Shown piece after piece: positions 1 to 14,945 of a DNA stretch of 64,000 bases. The first letter of the stretch is position 1. Each line of letters opens with the position of its first letter. A program made the position numbers and the translations under genes. The notes under the pieces are model-generated. The model had not been told where the DNA came from, did not search any database, and was given only the letters and a program-made list of their open reading frames with translations. The DNA is from the human T2T-CHM13v2.0 reference genome, Homo sapiens, in NCBI RefSeq assembly GCF_009914755.1, contig NC_060929.1. The stretch is one strand, 5' to 3'.

Positions 1-199
1 ATTTGCAACCTGTCACTGTAAGGCACAAACATGACCACACTCATCTAGGGCTGAAGCAACGTGAATAAGGAGGACATTGTCTCCTGGTGCCCAGGAAATG
101 CCTTAGAGCTCTTCCCCAGAAGTGAGGACTCTGATACTCTATACTTTTCTGGTTTGTCTGGTTGTGCTTTTTTTTTTTTTTTTTTTTTTGCCTACATTG

Positions 200-400
200 G
201 ATAACAATCTTTAATGAACAATAGAGCATCAAAAAATACATGAGGCAAAAACTGCAGGGAGAAATAGATGAATGCACTATTATAGGTTAGAGACATCAAC
301 AACCCTCTCAGAAACGGACAGATCTAGCAGGAGGAACATCAGTAAGGACACAGTTGAAAGCAACACCACCATCAACCAACTGGTCATAATGGACACATTT
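200..400 (+). mobile_element. Old L1M fragment, ORF2 endonuclease region
   Basis: Degenerate L1 EN-region sequence (gggagaaatagatgaatgcactattatag...accatcaaccaactgg); no open frame. Confidence 0.6.
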
Positions 401-2335
401 AGACCATTTACACTTTAGGTGATTATGAATATGGCTGGGTTTAAATCTACTATCTTGCGTCTTGTTTTCTATTTATTTTACTTGTTCCTTGTTCCCCTTT
501 TCCTTTTTCTGCCTTCTTTTAGAATGCAATCTTAAAACTTAATAATAAAAAGTTTTAAGATTGCATTTTTATCCTCTTTGTTGGCTTAATAGCTGTAACT
601 GTGTTACTTCAGTGATTCCTTTAGGGTGAATTTTTAGTGCACATCTAAACCAGTCTACCTTCATATGATACTACATGACTTCAAATATGTAAGAACCACA
701 TGACTACATATTTCCATTTCTCCCCTCTCTGCCTTTGGGCTATTATCATATATTTTACTTCTACATGTTGAAAACCACAGTATGTTATTATTATTTTTGC
801 TTTAAATAGTCAATTAGGTTTTAAAGATATCTAAATAAAAGAATATATGAAATTCTTTATGCATATAATGATAACCTACCTAGTTATCATTTCTAGTGTT
901 CATTTCTTTGCATAGAAGCAGGTTTCCATCTGTTACTATCTTTCTTCTGCTTGAAGAATGTCCTTTAACAACTCTTGTAAGGCAGGTCTGCTGATTAATT
1001 CTTTCAGATTTTATGTCTGGAAAACCCTCCATTTTGCCTTCATTTTTGAAACATATTTTCATTAGGCAAATAATTCCAGCTTGGTAATGTCTCTCTTTCC
1101 ATACTTTAAAGATGTGGTTCCCTGTCTCTTACCTTGCATTGTTTCCAACAAGAAAGCTGCTATCATCTTTACCTTTGTTCCTCTGTACCTAATCTGTCTT
1201 CTCTTTCTCTCTCTTTCTCATTTCTAGAATTTCCTCTTTATTACTAGTTGAAATTTGATTGATACAGTTCATTGTATCTCTTGGGTCTCAGTAGTTGTCA
1301 TCAATTCAGCTATTGTTTCTTCAATTTTTTTTATACCTCCCTTTTCCAGGGACTCCAATTATATATATATTTGGCTCCCAAAGTTGTCCCATAGTTCTCT
1401 AATGCCTAATTTCTCCTACCATCTCTTCTTCAGTCTTTTTCCTGTTTATTTTTAAGTTGCTGTCTTCAAATCCTTTCATATCATCTTCTGTGATGTCCAA
1501 TCTGCTGTTAACCCCATCCAGTGTTTTTCATCAGATATTGTAGTTTTCATCTCTGGAGGTTCAATTTGGTTTTTTTGTATCTTCCATGCCTCTACTTAGT
1601 ATATTTTTCTCTCTAGCTTTTTGAACATATGGAATACAGCCATAATACCTGCTTTAATGTCCTTGTCTACTGATTGTCATTGTGCCATTCCTGGGTCAGT
1701 TTTGATGGACTGATTTTTCCCTTCATTATGAGCTTTATTGTCATGCTTCTTTGCATGCCTAGTGATTTATTAGATGACAAGTATTGCATATTTTACCTTA
1801 TTGGGTATATTTTTTGTATTCCTATATTCTTAAGCTTTGTTCTGGAACACAATTAAGTTACTTGGAAAAAGTTGTGTTTCAGTTTGGTCTTGTTTTTAAG
1901 CTTTGTAAGTTGGGACAAGGGTAGTTTTTATATAGAGTTAATTTTTCTACTACTAGGGCATCTTAGTTCTCTTCCAATGCCACCTAGAAATAAGCACTAT
2001 TTTCAGCTCCAAACACTGTTCCCTCTAATTCTTTTGGGTGAGTTTCCTCACAGGCATGCACTGTTAGTGTGTAACTGAATATTTGATGAAAACTCTCTGC
2101 AGATCTTAGTTCTCCTGCTGTGCAACTCTTTCCTCAAAGGCATTCTCCCTTGTGAACTCTAGCCACCTCGACTGCCCAACTACACCTCAACTCCAGAAGA
2201 CTGCCAGGTCCTGATGAGGTAGCCCTTCCTGGAGCCATGGACTTTCTCCAGATAGTAAGTACAGATAATTTTGTTTCCCCTCTCCACAGGATCATTGTCC
2301 TTTGTTGCTTAAAGCTCATTGTCTTGATATTTATT
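401..2335 (-). mobile_element. Old L1M fragment (ORF2 start, ORF1, 5' region)
   Basis: ORF 880..1062 (-) resembles L1 ORF1 C-terminus (KICFKNEGK..FPD); T-rich antisense L1 texture. Confidence 0.65.
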
Positions 2336-2339
2336 AGGT

Positions 2340-3855
2340 ATTTAAGGAAAGAAGATAAACTAACAAGACAGGTAACTTTTAGGAAATAACTACCTTACCC
2401 TAGCAAAATACCAAAGAAAAAAAAAAAGGATCCCCACCTGGATAATGTCACAGACTGAGAACTTTCACCATCCAGCCTAACACAGCCTTCTCCCTATCCC
2501 ATGGTGTCATTAGGGTGCTCCTCCTACTTCCAGCAGAAAGGCATCAGTGGAGGTCTCCAGTAGAGCCACATTAGGGAACCTGGATCTCCATCCTTACCAG
2601 GCAGTAACGAGGCAGTGCCCCATCCCACACCAGCACCGTCAAAAGAAGCATGCTGAGGGATTTAAATAACTCCCAGAGTTTCATAACATAACAGTGAAGA
2701 TGTCCAGGATACAGCCAAAATCACTCATCATAACAAGAACCAAGAAATTGTAAACTTGAATGAGAAAAAACATCAAGGGATGTCAACACTAAGATGACAC
2801 AGATATTGAAACTTTATAACAATAATTTTTTTTTTTTGGAGACAAGTTCTCACTCTGCTGCCCAGGCTGGAGTGGTGTGAACAAGGCTCACTGCAGCCTC
2901 AACCTCCTGTGATCAAATGATCCTCCCACTTCAGCCTCCTATGTAGCTGGCACTGCAGGTGCACACCATCATGCCTGGCTAACTTCTAAATTTACTTTTA
3001 TTTTTTTGTAGAGATGAGGTCTCACTTTGTTGCCCAGGCTGGTCTCAAACTCCTGGGCTGAAGCAATCCTCTTGCCTCATCCTCAGAAAGTGCTGGGATT
3101 ACAGGCATGAGCCACCACACCAAACCGATGACAAGGATTTTAAAGCAGCCACCATAAAAATGCTTCAGTGAGTAATTATAAACACTCTTGAAGGCATTAA
3201 AAAAAAGTCTCAGCAAATAGGAAACCTCAGCAAAGAAACAGGGGATATAAAAAAGAAATCAAATGGAAATTTTAACTGAAATATATGATGATAGACAAAG
3301 TGAAAGTACTGCATGGATGGTTCAAGAGCAGAATGGAAACAAAAGAGAAAATAACCAGTTATCCTGAAGATAAAACAATACAAATTACCTAAACTGAGCA
3401 ACAGAGAGAAAACACTGAAAAAAAATAAACAGAGCCTCAGGGACTCACAGGATGATAATAAAAGATTTAACATTTGTTTCATCAGTGTCCCAGAAAGAGG
3501 ATGTGAGTGGGGCAGAAAAATTATGCCAAGAAATAAAAAAAATATATATTCCACAGAATGGGTAAAAAGTTTTGTAAAACAGGTATCTGATAGAGGGCTT
3601 ATACCTAGAAACTACAAGGAACTCAATAATAACAAAAAAAAACTTTTTAAATGGGCAAAAGCTCTGAATAGACATTTCTACAAAAAACATGTACAAATGG
3701 CCAATAAGCACATGAGAAGATGTTCAACATCATCAGCCATCAGGGAAATACAAGTCAAAATTACAATGGTGTACAATTAATCACCATTTAACATTCCCAA
3801 TAGTAGCCTACAAGCTTCCATTTCCACTGTGGAAAACAGTTTGGCCGTTCCTCAA
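2340..3855 (+). mobile_element. Old L1M fragments (5' region/ORF1 joined to ORF2 C-terminus near 3550), interrupted by AluJ
   Basis: ORF 3523..3780 has the L1 ORF2 C-terminal motif KWAKALNRHF..QMANKHMRRCSTS; ORF1-like A-rich sequence at 3140-3550. Confidence 0.65.
2826..3126 (-). mobile_element. AluJ
   Basis: Poly-T then dimeric Alu with J-type features (actgcagcctcaacctcc, ctcctgggctgaagcaatcctc). Confidence 0.9.
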
Positions 3856-4099
3856 GGTAGTCAAGTTACTTAACTGCTCTGTAAAATGAAGTTAATCACA
3901 TTCACTTTGGATGAATGAGTTCATATATATTAGCTATAATTATTATAGCAATTATTATTGTGCATATTATTACTGATTGGGTCAGATTATTAGCCCTGTA
4001 TCCCTAATTCATTTACTTTTGCTACTTTGGATGAATATTTAAAGTAGTCTTGAACTGAGATATGTATGTAAAGGTCCTATCACATTGGCATATACCATG

Positions 4100-5597
<1,498 letters not shown>

Positions 5598-6399
5598 TTG
5601 TGCTTTAAACCTATTACTCTTTTAGAGTAGTGGTGGCGAAGTAAACATTTGGAGTTTTGATATTTGCCTACTTATTTATATCTTTAATCTTAAATATTTT
5701 TAGTATAAGTTTATATAAAAGGAGAAACAACTCTAAACTTCTTTCTCTTTGGTTTTGTGACCTTAGATCCTTGATAGGAATACTCTTTTTAGTTCAATAG
5801 ATTGAAAGATAAAATTTCATTCATTAGCATAGAAAACAATGTGGGTCGTTTTACCAATAAAAAACTTTGAGGAATAATATTTTATGTCCTCAAGGTCTCT
5901 CTGGTTCACATTGTCATAAGAATTACAAAAACAAAAAACTTTTAAAAATTACAGTTTTTTTGGGTCTATCTTTTTAGGTTCTAATGTTTCACACTAATTC
6001 AGATGGAGACTTTTCCTATTCCCTAAAGACATTCTCCTCTCTTACAATAAGACTCAAGGTTTTAATATGAACTCTCAACTATAATTTGGTAAAAAGAAAC
6101 CAGAAAAGAAGTTTCTGTCATTTTGGGCTGGATGAAAGAAAAATCCCTCCATTTTCTCTTTTGCTTTAAATGAAAGGAAGATAAATTATAGAAAAGTAGT
6201 CTCAAGGATATACTATTTTAGCTAAGGATTTCTTTTATTAACATAGGGATTCACTTTGCCTTTGGGTCTTTTGCAAACAGCATTGGAAGTGAAATAGCTT
6301 TATAAAAAGTTACCTTAGCCTATAGAAGTTAATGAATTAATTCTGTAAAAAATTTAGACTTTGTATATTTTTAAAACCCTAAATAATCTAGTCAGATAT

Positions 6400-6850
6400 T
6401 GTTATGGGTTGAACTGTGCCCTCCCAAAAGATATGTTGAAGACCTAACCCATAATACCTCAGAATGTGAACTTATTTAGCAATAAGGTTGTTACAAATAT
6501 AATTAGTTAGGATGAGGTCATACCGGAGTAGGGCAGGCCCTTAATCCAATATGACTGGTGTCTTTATGAGAAGACAGCCATATGAAGACACGGAGACACA
6601 CACTGAGAATGCAATGTGATAATGAAGGCAGAAGAAAGAATTATGCTGCTACAAGCCAAGAACACCAAAGATTGCCAGCAAACACCAGAAGCTATGAAGG
6701 ACTTCCCTGCAGCTTTCAGAAGGAGCACGGACCTGCTGACATCTTTATTTCAGACTTTTGGTGTTCAGAACTGTGAGGTGATACATTTCTGTTGTTTTAA
6801 GCCACCCAGTTTGTAGTACTTTGTTACCAAAGTCCTAGGAAACTAATATA
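6400..6850 (+). mobile_element. MaLR solo LTR (MLT1B/MLT1C-like)
   Basis: Starts tgttatgggttgaactgtg, ends gtactttgttac...ctaggaaactaata; typical MLT1 motifs. Confidence 0.85.
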
Positions 6851-7231
6851 GCTTCTAATAATAATTATCATTTTTTATAATCTTAGAAAAAGAAAATATA
6901 CCATAAATCAGATCCTACCTATGTAAATATCAGGAGACCTCAGAAGGTCATTAGGCAATGCTGTGACCCATGATCTTTAAAAAAAATCTGACAATTTTGT
7001 GTTATAACGTAGAAGACTATGCTTTGGATAGAGCTCAAAGTATCCTGAACACATGATGGGAATCATGTGGTATCCTGCACAACTGCTGTATTCTTGCCCT
7101 GGACACAGTTGCTTCTTGAGCCCAGAGGTTCTCAAACTCATGTATAAAAACCCTCTCAGTAGAATCTCTGCATTTCCTTTCTACTTTCCTTTTCTTCCGA
7201 CTTTCCCTTGCCTCATTAAAACAACAACAAC

Positions 7232-8066
7232 ATATGAACAGACACTTCTCAAAAGAAGACATTTATGCAGCCAACAGACACATGAAAAAATGCTCATCAT
7301 CACTGGCCATCAGAGAAATGCAAATCAAAGCCACAACGAGATACCATCTCACACCAGTTAGAATGGCAATCATTAAAAAGTCAGGAAACAACAGGTGCTG
7401 GAGAGAATGTGGAGAAATAGGAACACTTTTACACTGTTGGTGGGACTGTAAACTAGATCAACCATTGTGGAAGTCAGTGTGGCAATTCCTCAGGGATCTA
7501 GAATTAGAAATACCATTTGACCCAGCCATCCCATTACTGGGTATACACCCAAAGGATTATAAAACATGCTGCTATAAAGACACATGCACACGTATGTTTA
7601 TTGCGGCACTATTCACAATAGCAAAGACTTGGAACCAACCCAGATGTCCAACAATGATAGACCAGATTAAGAAAATGTGGCACATATACACATGGAATAC
7701 TATGCAGCCATAAAAAATGATGAGTTCATGTCCTTTGTAGGGACATGGATGAAGCTGGAAACCATCATTCTCAGCAAACTGTCACAAGGACAAAAAACCA
7801 AACACTGCATGTTCTCACTCATAGGTGGGAATTGAACAATGAGAACACATGGACACAGGAAGGGGAACATCACACACTGGGGACTGTTGTGGGGTGGGGG
7901 GAGGGGGGAGGGATAGCATTAGGAGATATACCTAATGCTAAATGACAAGTTAATGGGTGCAGCACACCAACATGGCACATGTATACATATGTAACAAACC
8001 TGCACAGTGTGCACATGTACCCTAAAACTTAAAGTATAATAATAATAAAATAAAATAAAATAAAAA
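7232..8066 (+). mobile_element. 5'-truncated L1PA (L1PA3/4-like): ORF2 C-terminus, 3'UTR, poly-A
   Basis: ORF 7234..7713 is the ORF2 cysteine-rich C-terminus ([19 protein letters not shown]); G-rich 3'UTR tract and (taaaa)n tail. Confidence 0.95.
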
Positions 8067-8453
8067 AAGAAAATGTGGCATATATACACCATGGAATACT
8101 ATGCAACCATAAAAAAGGATGAGTTCGTGTCCTTTATAGGGACATGGATGGAGCTGGAAACCATCATTCTCAGCAAACTATCACAAGGACAAAAAACCAA
8201 ACACCGCATGTTCTCACTCATAGGTGGAAACTGAACAATGAGAACACTTGGACACAGGAAGGGGAACATCACACACTGGGGTGGGTCATGGGTGGGGGGA
8301 GGGGGGAGGGATAGCATTAGGAGATATACCTAACGTAAATGACGAGTTAATGGGTGCAGCACACCAACATGGCACATGTATACATATGTAACAAACTTGC
8401 ATGTTGTGCACATGTACCCTAGAACTTAAAGTATAATAATAATAAAAAAAAAA
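8067..8453 (+). mobile_element. Second short L1PA 3' end (L1PA4/5-like), tandem to the first
   Basis: Repeats the last ~380 bp of L1 with different diagnostic bases (cctaacgtaaatgacgag, ccctagaactt) and has its own poly-A. Confidence 0.93.
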
Positions 8454-8889
8454 CCCAACCAGGATGTAGATGGGTCACCAATGATATAACTGATTTGTTG
8501 TCTTATTTCATCTATTTTATCCACCCCCCAGCTTTATTGAGGTAAAATAAAAAATACAATTTATACACATATATATACAAGATGTGAATGTGGTAACTTG
8601 AGATATATACACATTGTGAAATGATTACTATAATAGAGTAAATTAACACATCCATCACCCTAACAATTATGATTGTGTGTGTGTATTTCTGGTAAGAATG
8701 CTTGAGATCTCTTAGCAAATTTCCAGTGAACAACAGAGTATTACTAACTGTAGTCATGAGGCTGTACATGAGATCCCCAGAACTTATTCAGCTTATAGCG
8801 GAATGATTGTACCCTTTGACCAACATCTCCCTGGGCAACTACCATTCTACTCTCTGTTTCTATGAGTTTAACTAGTTTAGATTCCACAT

Positions 8890-9278
8890 CGTATTAGGCT
8901 GATCTCACACTGCTATAAAGAAATACCTGAGACTAGGTAATTTATAAAGAAAAGAGGTTTAATTGGCTCACGGTTCTGCAGGCTGTACAAGAAGCATAGC
9001 GGCTTCTGCTTTTGGGGAGGCCTCAGGAAGCTTTTACTCATGGCAGAAGGCAAAGCAGGAGCAGGCACAGGAGAGAGAGAGGGGAGGTACTACACACTTT
9101 TAAACAACCAGATCTCACAAGAACTCACTACTAGAACAGCACCAAGGGGATGGTGCTAAACTATTCCTGAAGGATCTACGCCCATGATCCAGTCACCTCC
9201 CACCAGGCTACACCTCCAACACTGGGGATTACAGTTCGACATAAAATTTGGGCAGGGACAGAGATCCAAACCATATCA
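8890..9278 (-). mobile_element. MSTA-like MaLR solo LTR
   Basis: Ends ccaaaccatatca; perfect 5-bp TSD cacat at 8885-8889 and 9279-9283. Confidence 0.9.
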
Positions 9279-9341
9279 CACATATAAGTGAGTCTATGCT
9301 GTATATATCTTTCTGTGTCTAGTTTATTTTGCTTAGCATAA

Positions 9342-9753
<412 letters not shown>

Positions 9754-10502
9754 TGCACCACATTTTCTTTATTCACTTGTTGATAGACATTCAGATTGTT
9801 TCCACGTCTTGGCTATTGTGAATGATGCTGCAGTGAACATGAAAGTGCACATATCCCTTCAAGATCATGATTTCATTGCTTTTGGATACAATAACCCGAA
9901 GTTGGATTGCTGGATCCATATGGTAGTTTTATTTTTAATTTTTGGAGGAAACTCAATAAATTTGGAGGAGACACCATTTCCATAACGGTGGTACCAATTT
10001 ATATTCCCACCAATGGTGTACAAGGGTTCCCTTTTATCTACATTCTTGCCAACATTTGTTATTTTCGTCTTTTTGGTAATAGCCATTCTAACTGGAGTGA
10101 GATTAGATCTCATTGTGGTTTAGATCTGCATTTCCCGAATAATTAGTGATGTTGAGGATTTTTTTTTTTTAATATACCTGTTGTTCATTTGTATATCTTC
10201 TTTTGAAAACTATCTGTTTAGGTCCTTTGACCATTTTTAAACCGAGTATTTAAGTTTTTTTTTTGCTATCGAGCTTTATGAATTCCTTAAATATTTTGGG
10301 TATTAACCCCATATCAGCTGTATGGTTTGCAAATATTTTCTCCCAACAACAGATTTGTTTTTAGTGTGATAAATCCATATTTTTGCCCAACCTGTGAAAT
10401 AATTCAAACATGCAAGAATCCAGACTGGCAGCCACTTGGAAAATGTTGCCAGCCTCCAGCTCTTTCTGGGCAGCACCTTGAGAATTGCTGTGATAATTAC
10501 CT

Positions 10503-10684
10503 AGTGGTGGTTCTTAACTCTGGTTGCACATTAAAATCACCTGGGAAACTTTTAAAGCCTTCTCATTCCAGACCAATTAAATACAAAATTCTAGGGATAG
10601 GGCCTAGGCACCAGTGATTTTTTTTTTTTTTTTTAAAGATCTTCAGGTGATTCTAACATACAACCAAGGTTTAGAATCAGCGGC
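10503..10684. mobile_element. MER5B-like hAT-Charlie MITE
   Basis: gtggttcttaactctggttgcacattaaaatcacctggg...ccagaccaattaaat...caggtgattctaa. Confidence 0.8.
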
Positions 10685-11334
10685 TTACTGTCATGTTGGG
10701 TTACTGTTGGAGTCCGAATGCCCTAATAACAAGAAGCAGAGGTGAGCACCCGCTCTGCTCCTCACAGCCCTCTGCTTTTTGTCTGATTGGAGTTATATAA
10801 AGCCCAAGTGGAACTAAGACTAAGCACGGTAATTGTCATGGCAATGCCCTAGATTTTCCTATCAAATCCAATCTTATTTAGGGTGGGAGACACAGAAGTG
10901 ACTCTTGTGAAGTTAAAATACTTCTGCCCCTATTTAGAATATTCAACATTAAATTTGACAGAGTTTTGCCATGAAATTTCAAATACCAAAACTTTTAAAA
11001 ACAGCAGATCTCACCTGAACCACAAAAGTTTATCATTAATTGTAAAGTGTGCTTGATCACAGAGAATTATCCAGGCAATCAGCATCATGCATAGCCTTTA
11101 ATGCCTCTGTCTGTGGAGCATGAGTTCTGCATATTGATCACAAATCTGAAAATTTCTCTGCTTATGCCTCATCACTCCTGTCTTTGATTGAGTATAACAT
11201 AAATGGAATTTGAAAATCATGGAGCTGGGGGGGACCTGTGGAAATTATTTTGTCTAGTGCTTTGCCTTTACAATTGTATGTCTAATCTACTAACACAGTC
11301 AGGCTACCAAGGTCCCTTGTTAAATTCATGAATG

Positions 11335-11690
11335 CCCTAGCATGGACAACTGCAACATCCTTCTAACTGGCTCTGTCTTCCTGTTCCCCTTTTCTCCATG
11401 TTACAATCAGAGTAATCTTTCTAAATACAAATCAGGTCATTCTCATCTTTGCTTAATATTCTTTGATGACTCCCCATTTACCTCAGGTCCAAATTTAAAC
11501 TCCTTAGCCTCACCTACTATCTGTGAACTGATCTAACCTTATCTCCCTCTGTAGATTAATCTCCTAGAGCTCTCTTTTCTCACTCTAAATTGCAGTTACA
11601 ACGGGATTCTAAACGTGCTCAATGTAGTTCTCCAAATGTGTCCTCTATGCCACCATACATTTGCACATTTCCCTCTAGGATGTTCCAGAA
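11335..11690 (-). mobile_element. L2 fragment
   Basis: ggacaactgcaacatccttctaactgg...tttctaaatacaaatcaggtcat...ccaaatttaaactcctt match recalled L2 motifs. Confidence 0.6.
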
Positions 11691-11876
11691 TCTAGAAGAT
11701 TGGGTGCACTGTACTTATGTCCTGAATAAGAAGCCTTAGTATTTTGTTTTTTGAATAAGAGTTTCACAGTTACATAACAAGAACAAGGTCAAATGGATTG
11801 AGAATAGAACTCTCTGGGTTTGGTGGTGGTAGTGTTGGTATTTCAAAGGCCATAATGGAAGAGAGAATGTTCTCTT

Positions 11877-11965
11877 TATCTCTATCTATCTACCTATCAG
11901 TCATATCTATCTAATCTATCATCTCTATATATTATGTCTGTCTGTCATGTATATCTAGCTACCAA
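11877..11965. repeat. Degenerate (TATC)n microsatellite
   Basis: tatctctatctatctacctatc...tctatctaatctatc. Confidence 0.7.
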
Positions 11966-11999
11966 TCAACTAATAGTTGTATCTCACATATAGAGATTT

Positions 12000-12670
12000 A
12001 GATTAATCACACTCCTCAGTTTATGGTATATTATTACTGCTGGTCCACACAAAGCTGCTATTTAGTTTTTTTTAAACTCTATTAAAACTTCTATGGACAT
12101 TCCTCACTCCTATTTTTCTCCTCCCACATAAGAAACTATTCCAACATATTTAATGAGGATCTTTTTATTTGTATGTATTCTTTGGTGTACACATATTTTA
12201 AATTTTCTTTTAATGGTACTGTGTTCTATATCTCATTCTGTATCTTTCTTTTTCACTATTTTTAATATACATGTTGCTATATGCAAATCAGAACTGTGGC
12301 TTTTTAACTTCTGCAACAATCATACTTCACCTATCCACGTTCACTTCCTCTACACCAGGTAATGAACACCCAGATGGACCCTGACTCTCTGTCCCTACAA
12401 GCAACATTGAAATGTACATTTTCTCAGATGTCCCTTTCTAGATGTGAGAGACTATATTTGGGATAGGTACTAAGGAATGGGTCCTAGTTATGTGAACACC
12501 CAATCTGACCAAATGGTGCTATAGAGGTACCAAATTGTGATATAGAATATAGGCCTATTTCCATGTCCTCCAGAAGTGCATGATATCCCCACCTCTCCAC
12601 TAACACTTGGCATTTCCCAGCTTCCTAATATCTGCACATATTACAAGAGTAAAGTGATGCCTCATTTGTT
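12000..12670 (-). mobile_element. Very old L1ME-type 3' fragment
   Basis: Diverged L1 3'/ORF2 C-terminal motifs (ccactaacacttggcattt...aaagtgatgcctcatt). Confidence 0.5.
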
Positions 12671-12995
12671 TTCTTTTTGTTTTTTTAAGTAGATTTAATT
12701 TTTAGAGCAGTTTTAGATTCACAGTAAAATTGAGCGGAAGGTACAGAAAGTTCTCATAGCTTCCCGCCACCCTTCACCACTCTCTCCCATAATCAACATC
12801 AGGCACCAGAGTAGTATATTTGTTATAACTGATGAACCTACATCTACACATCATTATTACCTAAAGTCGGCAGTTTTCATTAGGGTTTCCTCTTGGTGTT
12901 GCATGTTCTATAAGTTCTGACAAATGTATGATGAGATGTATTCACCATTATAGTAACATATGCAATAGTGTCACTGCTTTAAAAATTCTCTGTGG

Positions 12996-13290
<295 letters not shown>

Positions 13291-13533
13291 TTCTCTGTGG
13301 TTGGCCAGTTCACCCCTTTCTTCCTCCTTATCCTCTGGCAACCACTGATCTTTTTGCTGTTTTCATAGTTTTGTTTTTTCCAAAATGTTATATGGTTGGA
13401 ATCATACAGTATATATCCTTTTCAGATTGGCTTCTTTTACTCAGTAACATGCATTTGAGGTTCCTCCATTAACTTTCATGGCTTGATAGCTAATTTCTTT
13501 TTAGTACTGAATAATATTCCTTTAGTTAGATGT

Positions 13534-13976
13534 TGTCTTTGTCCATTTTGTGTTGGTAAAACAGAATACCTGAGAATGTATAAAGAAAAGAGGTTTATTT
13601 AGCTCACAGTTCTTCAGGCTGAGAAGTTCAAGGGCACTAAACTGGCTTCTGGTGAGGACTTCTATGTCACATCATAACACGGTGGAAAAGTTCAAAGAGG
13701 AAGGGGGCACACACAAAGAGAGAGAGTCAAGGGGCTTCCTAATTTTATAACAACCCACTCTTGAGGGAACTAAAATATTCCTGGAGAAGTAACCCAGTCT
13801 CACCAGAATGAGAACTCACTCACTACTGTGAGAATGGCACTAAGTCATTCACGAAGGATTTTCCCTGTGACCCATACACTTCCCACTAGGCCCCACCTCC
13901 CAAAACCACCACATTGGGGATCAAATTTCAACATGAGTTTTGATGGGGACAAACAAATAATATCCAAACCATAACA
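13534..13976 (-). mobile_element. MSTC/MSTD-like MaLR solo LTR
   Basis: acagaatacctgaga...gaggtttatttagctcacagttc...ccaaaccataaca; TSD gatgt/gatct. Confidence 0.8.
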
Positions 13977-14450
13977 GATCTATCACAGTTTCTTTATCCA
14001 TTTACCTACTGAAGGATGTCATGTTTGCTTCTAAGTTTTGGCAATTATGAACAATATTTGGCAATTATGAACAATTATACACTATAAACATGTGTATGGG
14101 GTTTTTTTGTGGATATAAATTTTCAACTCATTTGGATAAATAACAAGGAACATGATTGCTGTGTTGTATGGTAAGAGTATGTTTAGTTTTTTAAGAAACA
14201 GCCAAATTGTCATCCAAAGTGGCTGTACCATTTTGTGTTCTTGATGGCAGTTCCTGTTCTTCCATCTTCACCAGCATTTTGTATTGTCAGTGTTCTGAAT
14301 TTTGGCCATTTTTATGGCACATAGTGGTATCTCAATATTGTTTGAATTTGTGTTTCCTTAATGATGTATGATATGAAATATATTTTCCTATGATCATTTG
14401 CCATCTGGATATGTTCTTTGGTGAGATGTCCAGGTCTTTTGCCCATTTTT

Positions 14451-14768
<318 letters not shown>

Positions 14769-14789
14769 TAAATCAAGTTGCTTATTTTC

Positions 14790-14945
14790 TTTCTTTCTTT
14801 TATGTGTTTTGAGACAGGAACTTGCTCTGTCATGCAGTGGCATGATCACGGGTCACTGCAGCCTTGACCTTCTGGACTTAAGCCATCCTCCTGCTTTGGC
14901 CTTCCAAAGTGCTGGGATTACAAGTGTGAGCCACTGTGCCTGGCT
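14790..14945 (-). mobile_element. Alu monomer (FLAM/AluJ-type)
   Basis: Single ~140-bp arm ending gtgtgagccactgtgcctggc. Confidence 0.75.

Noticed and set aside
14038-14075. Short tandem duplication ttggcaattatgaacaat (and the cacatgaat triplet at ~30410-30445)
   Set aside because: Ordinary slippage duplications within old repeats.
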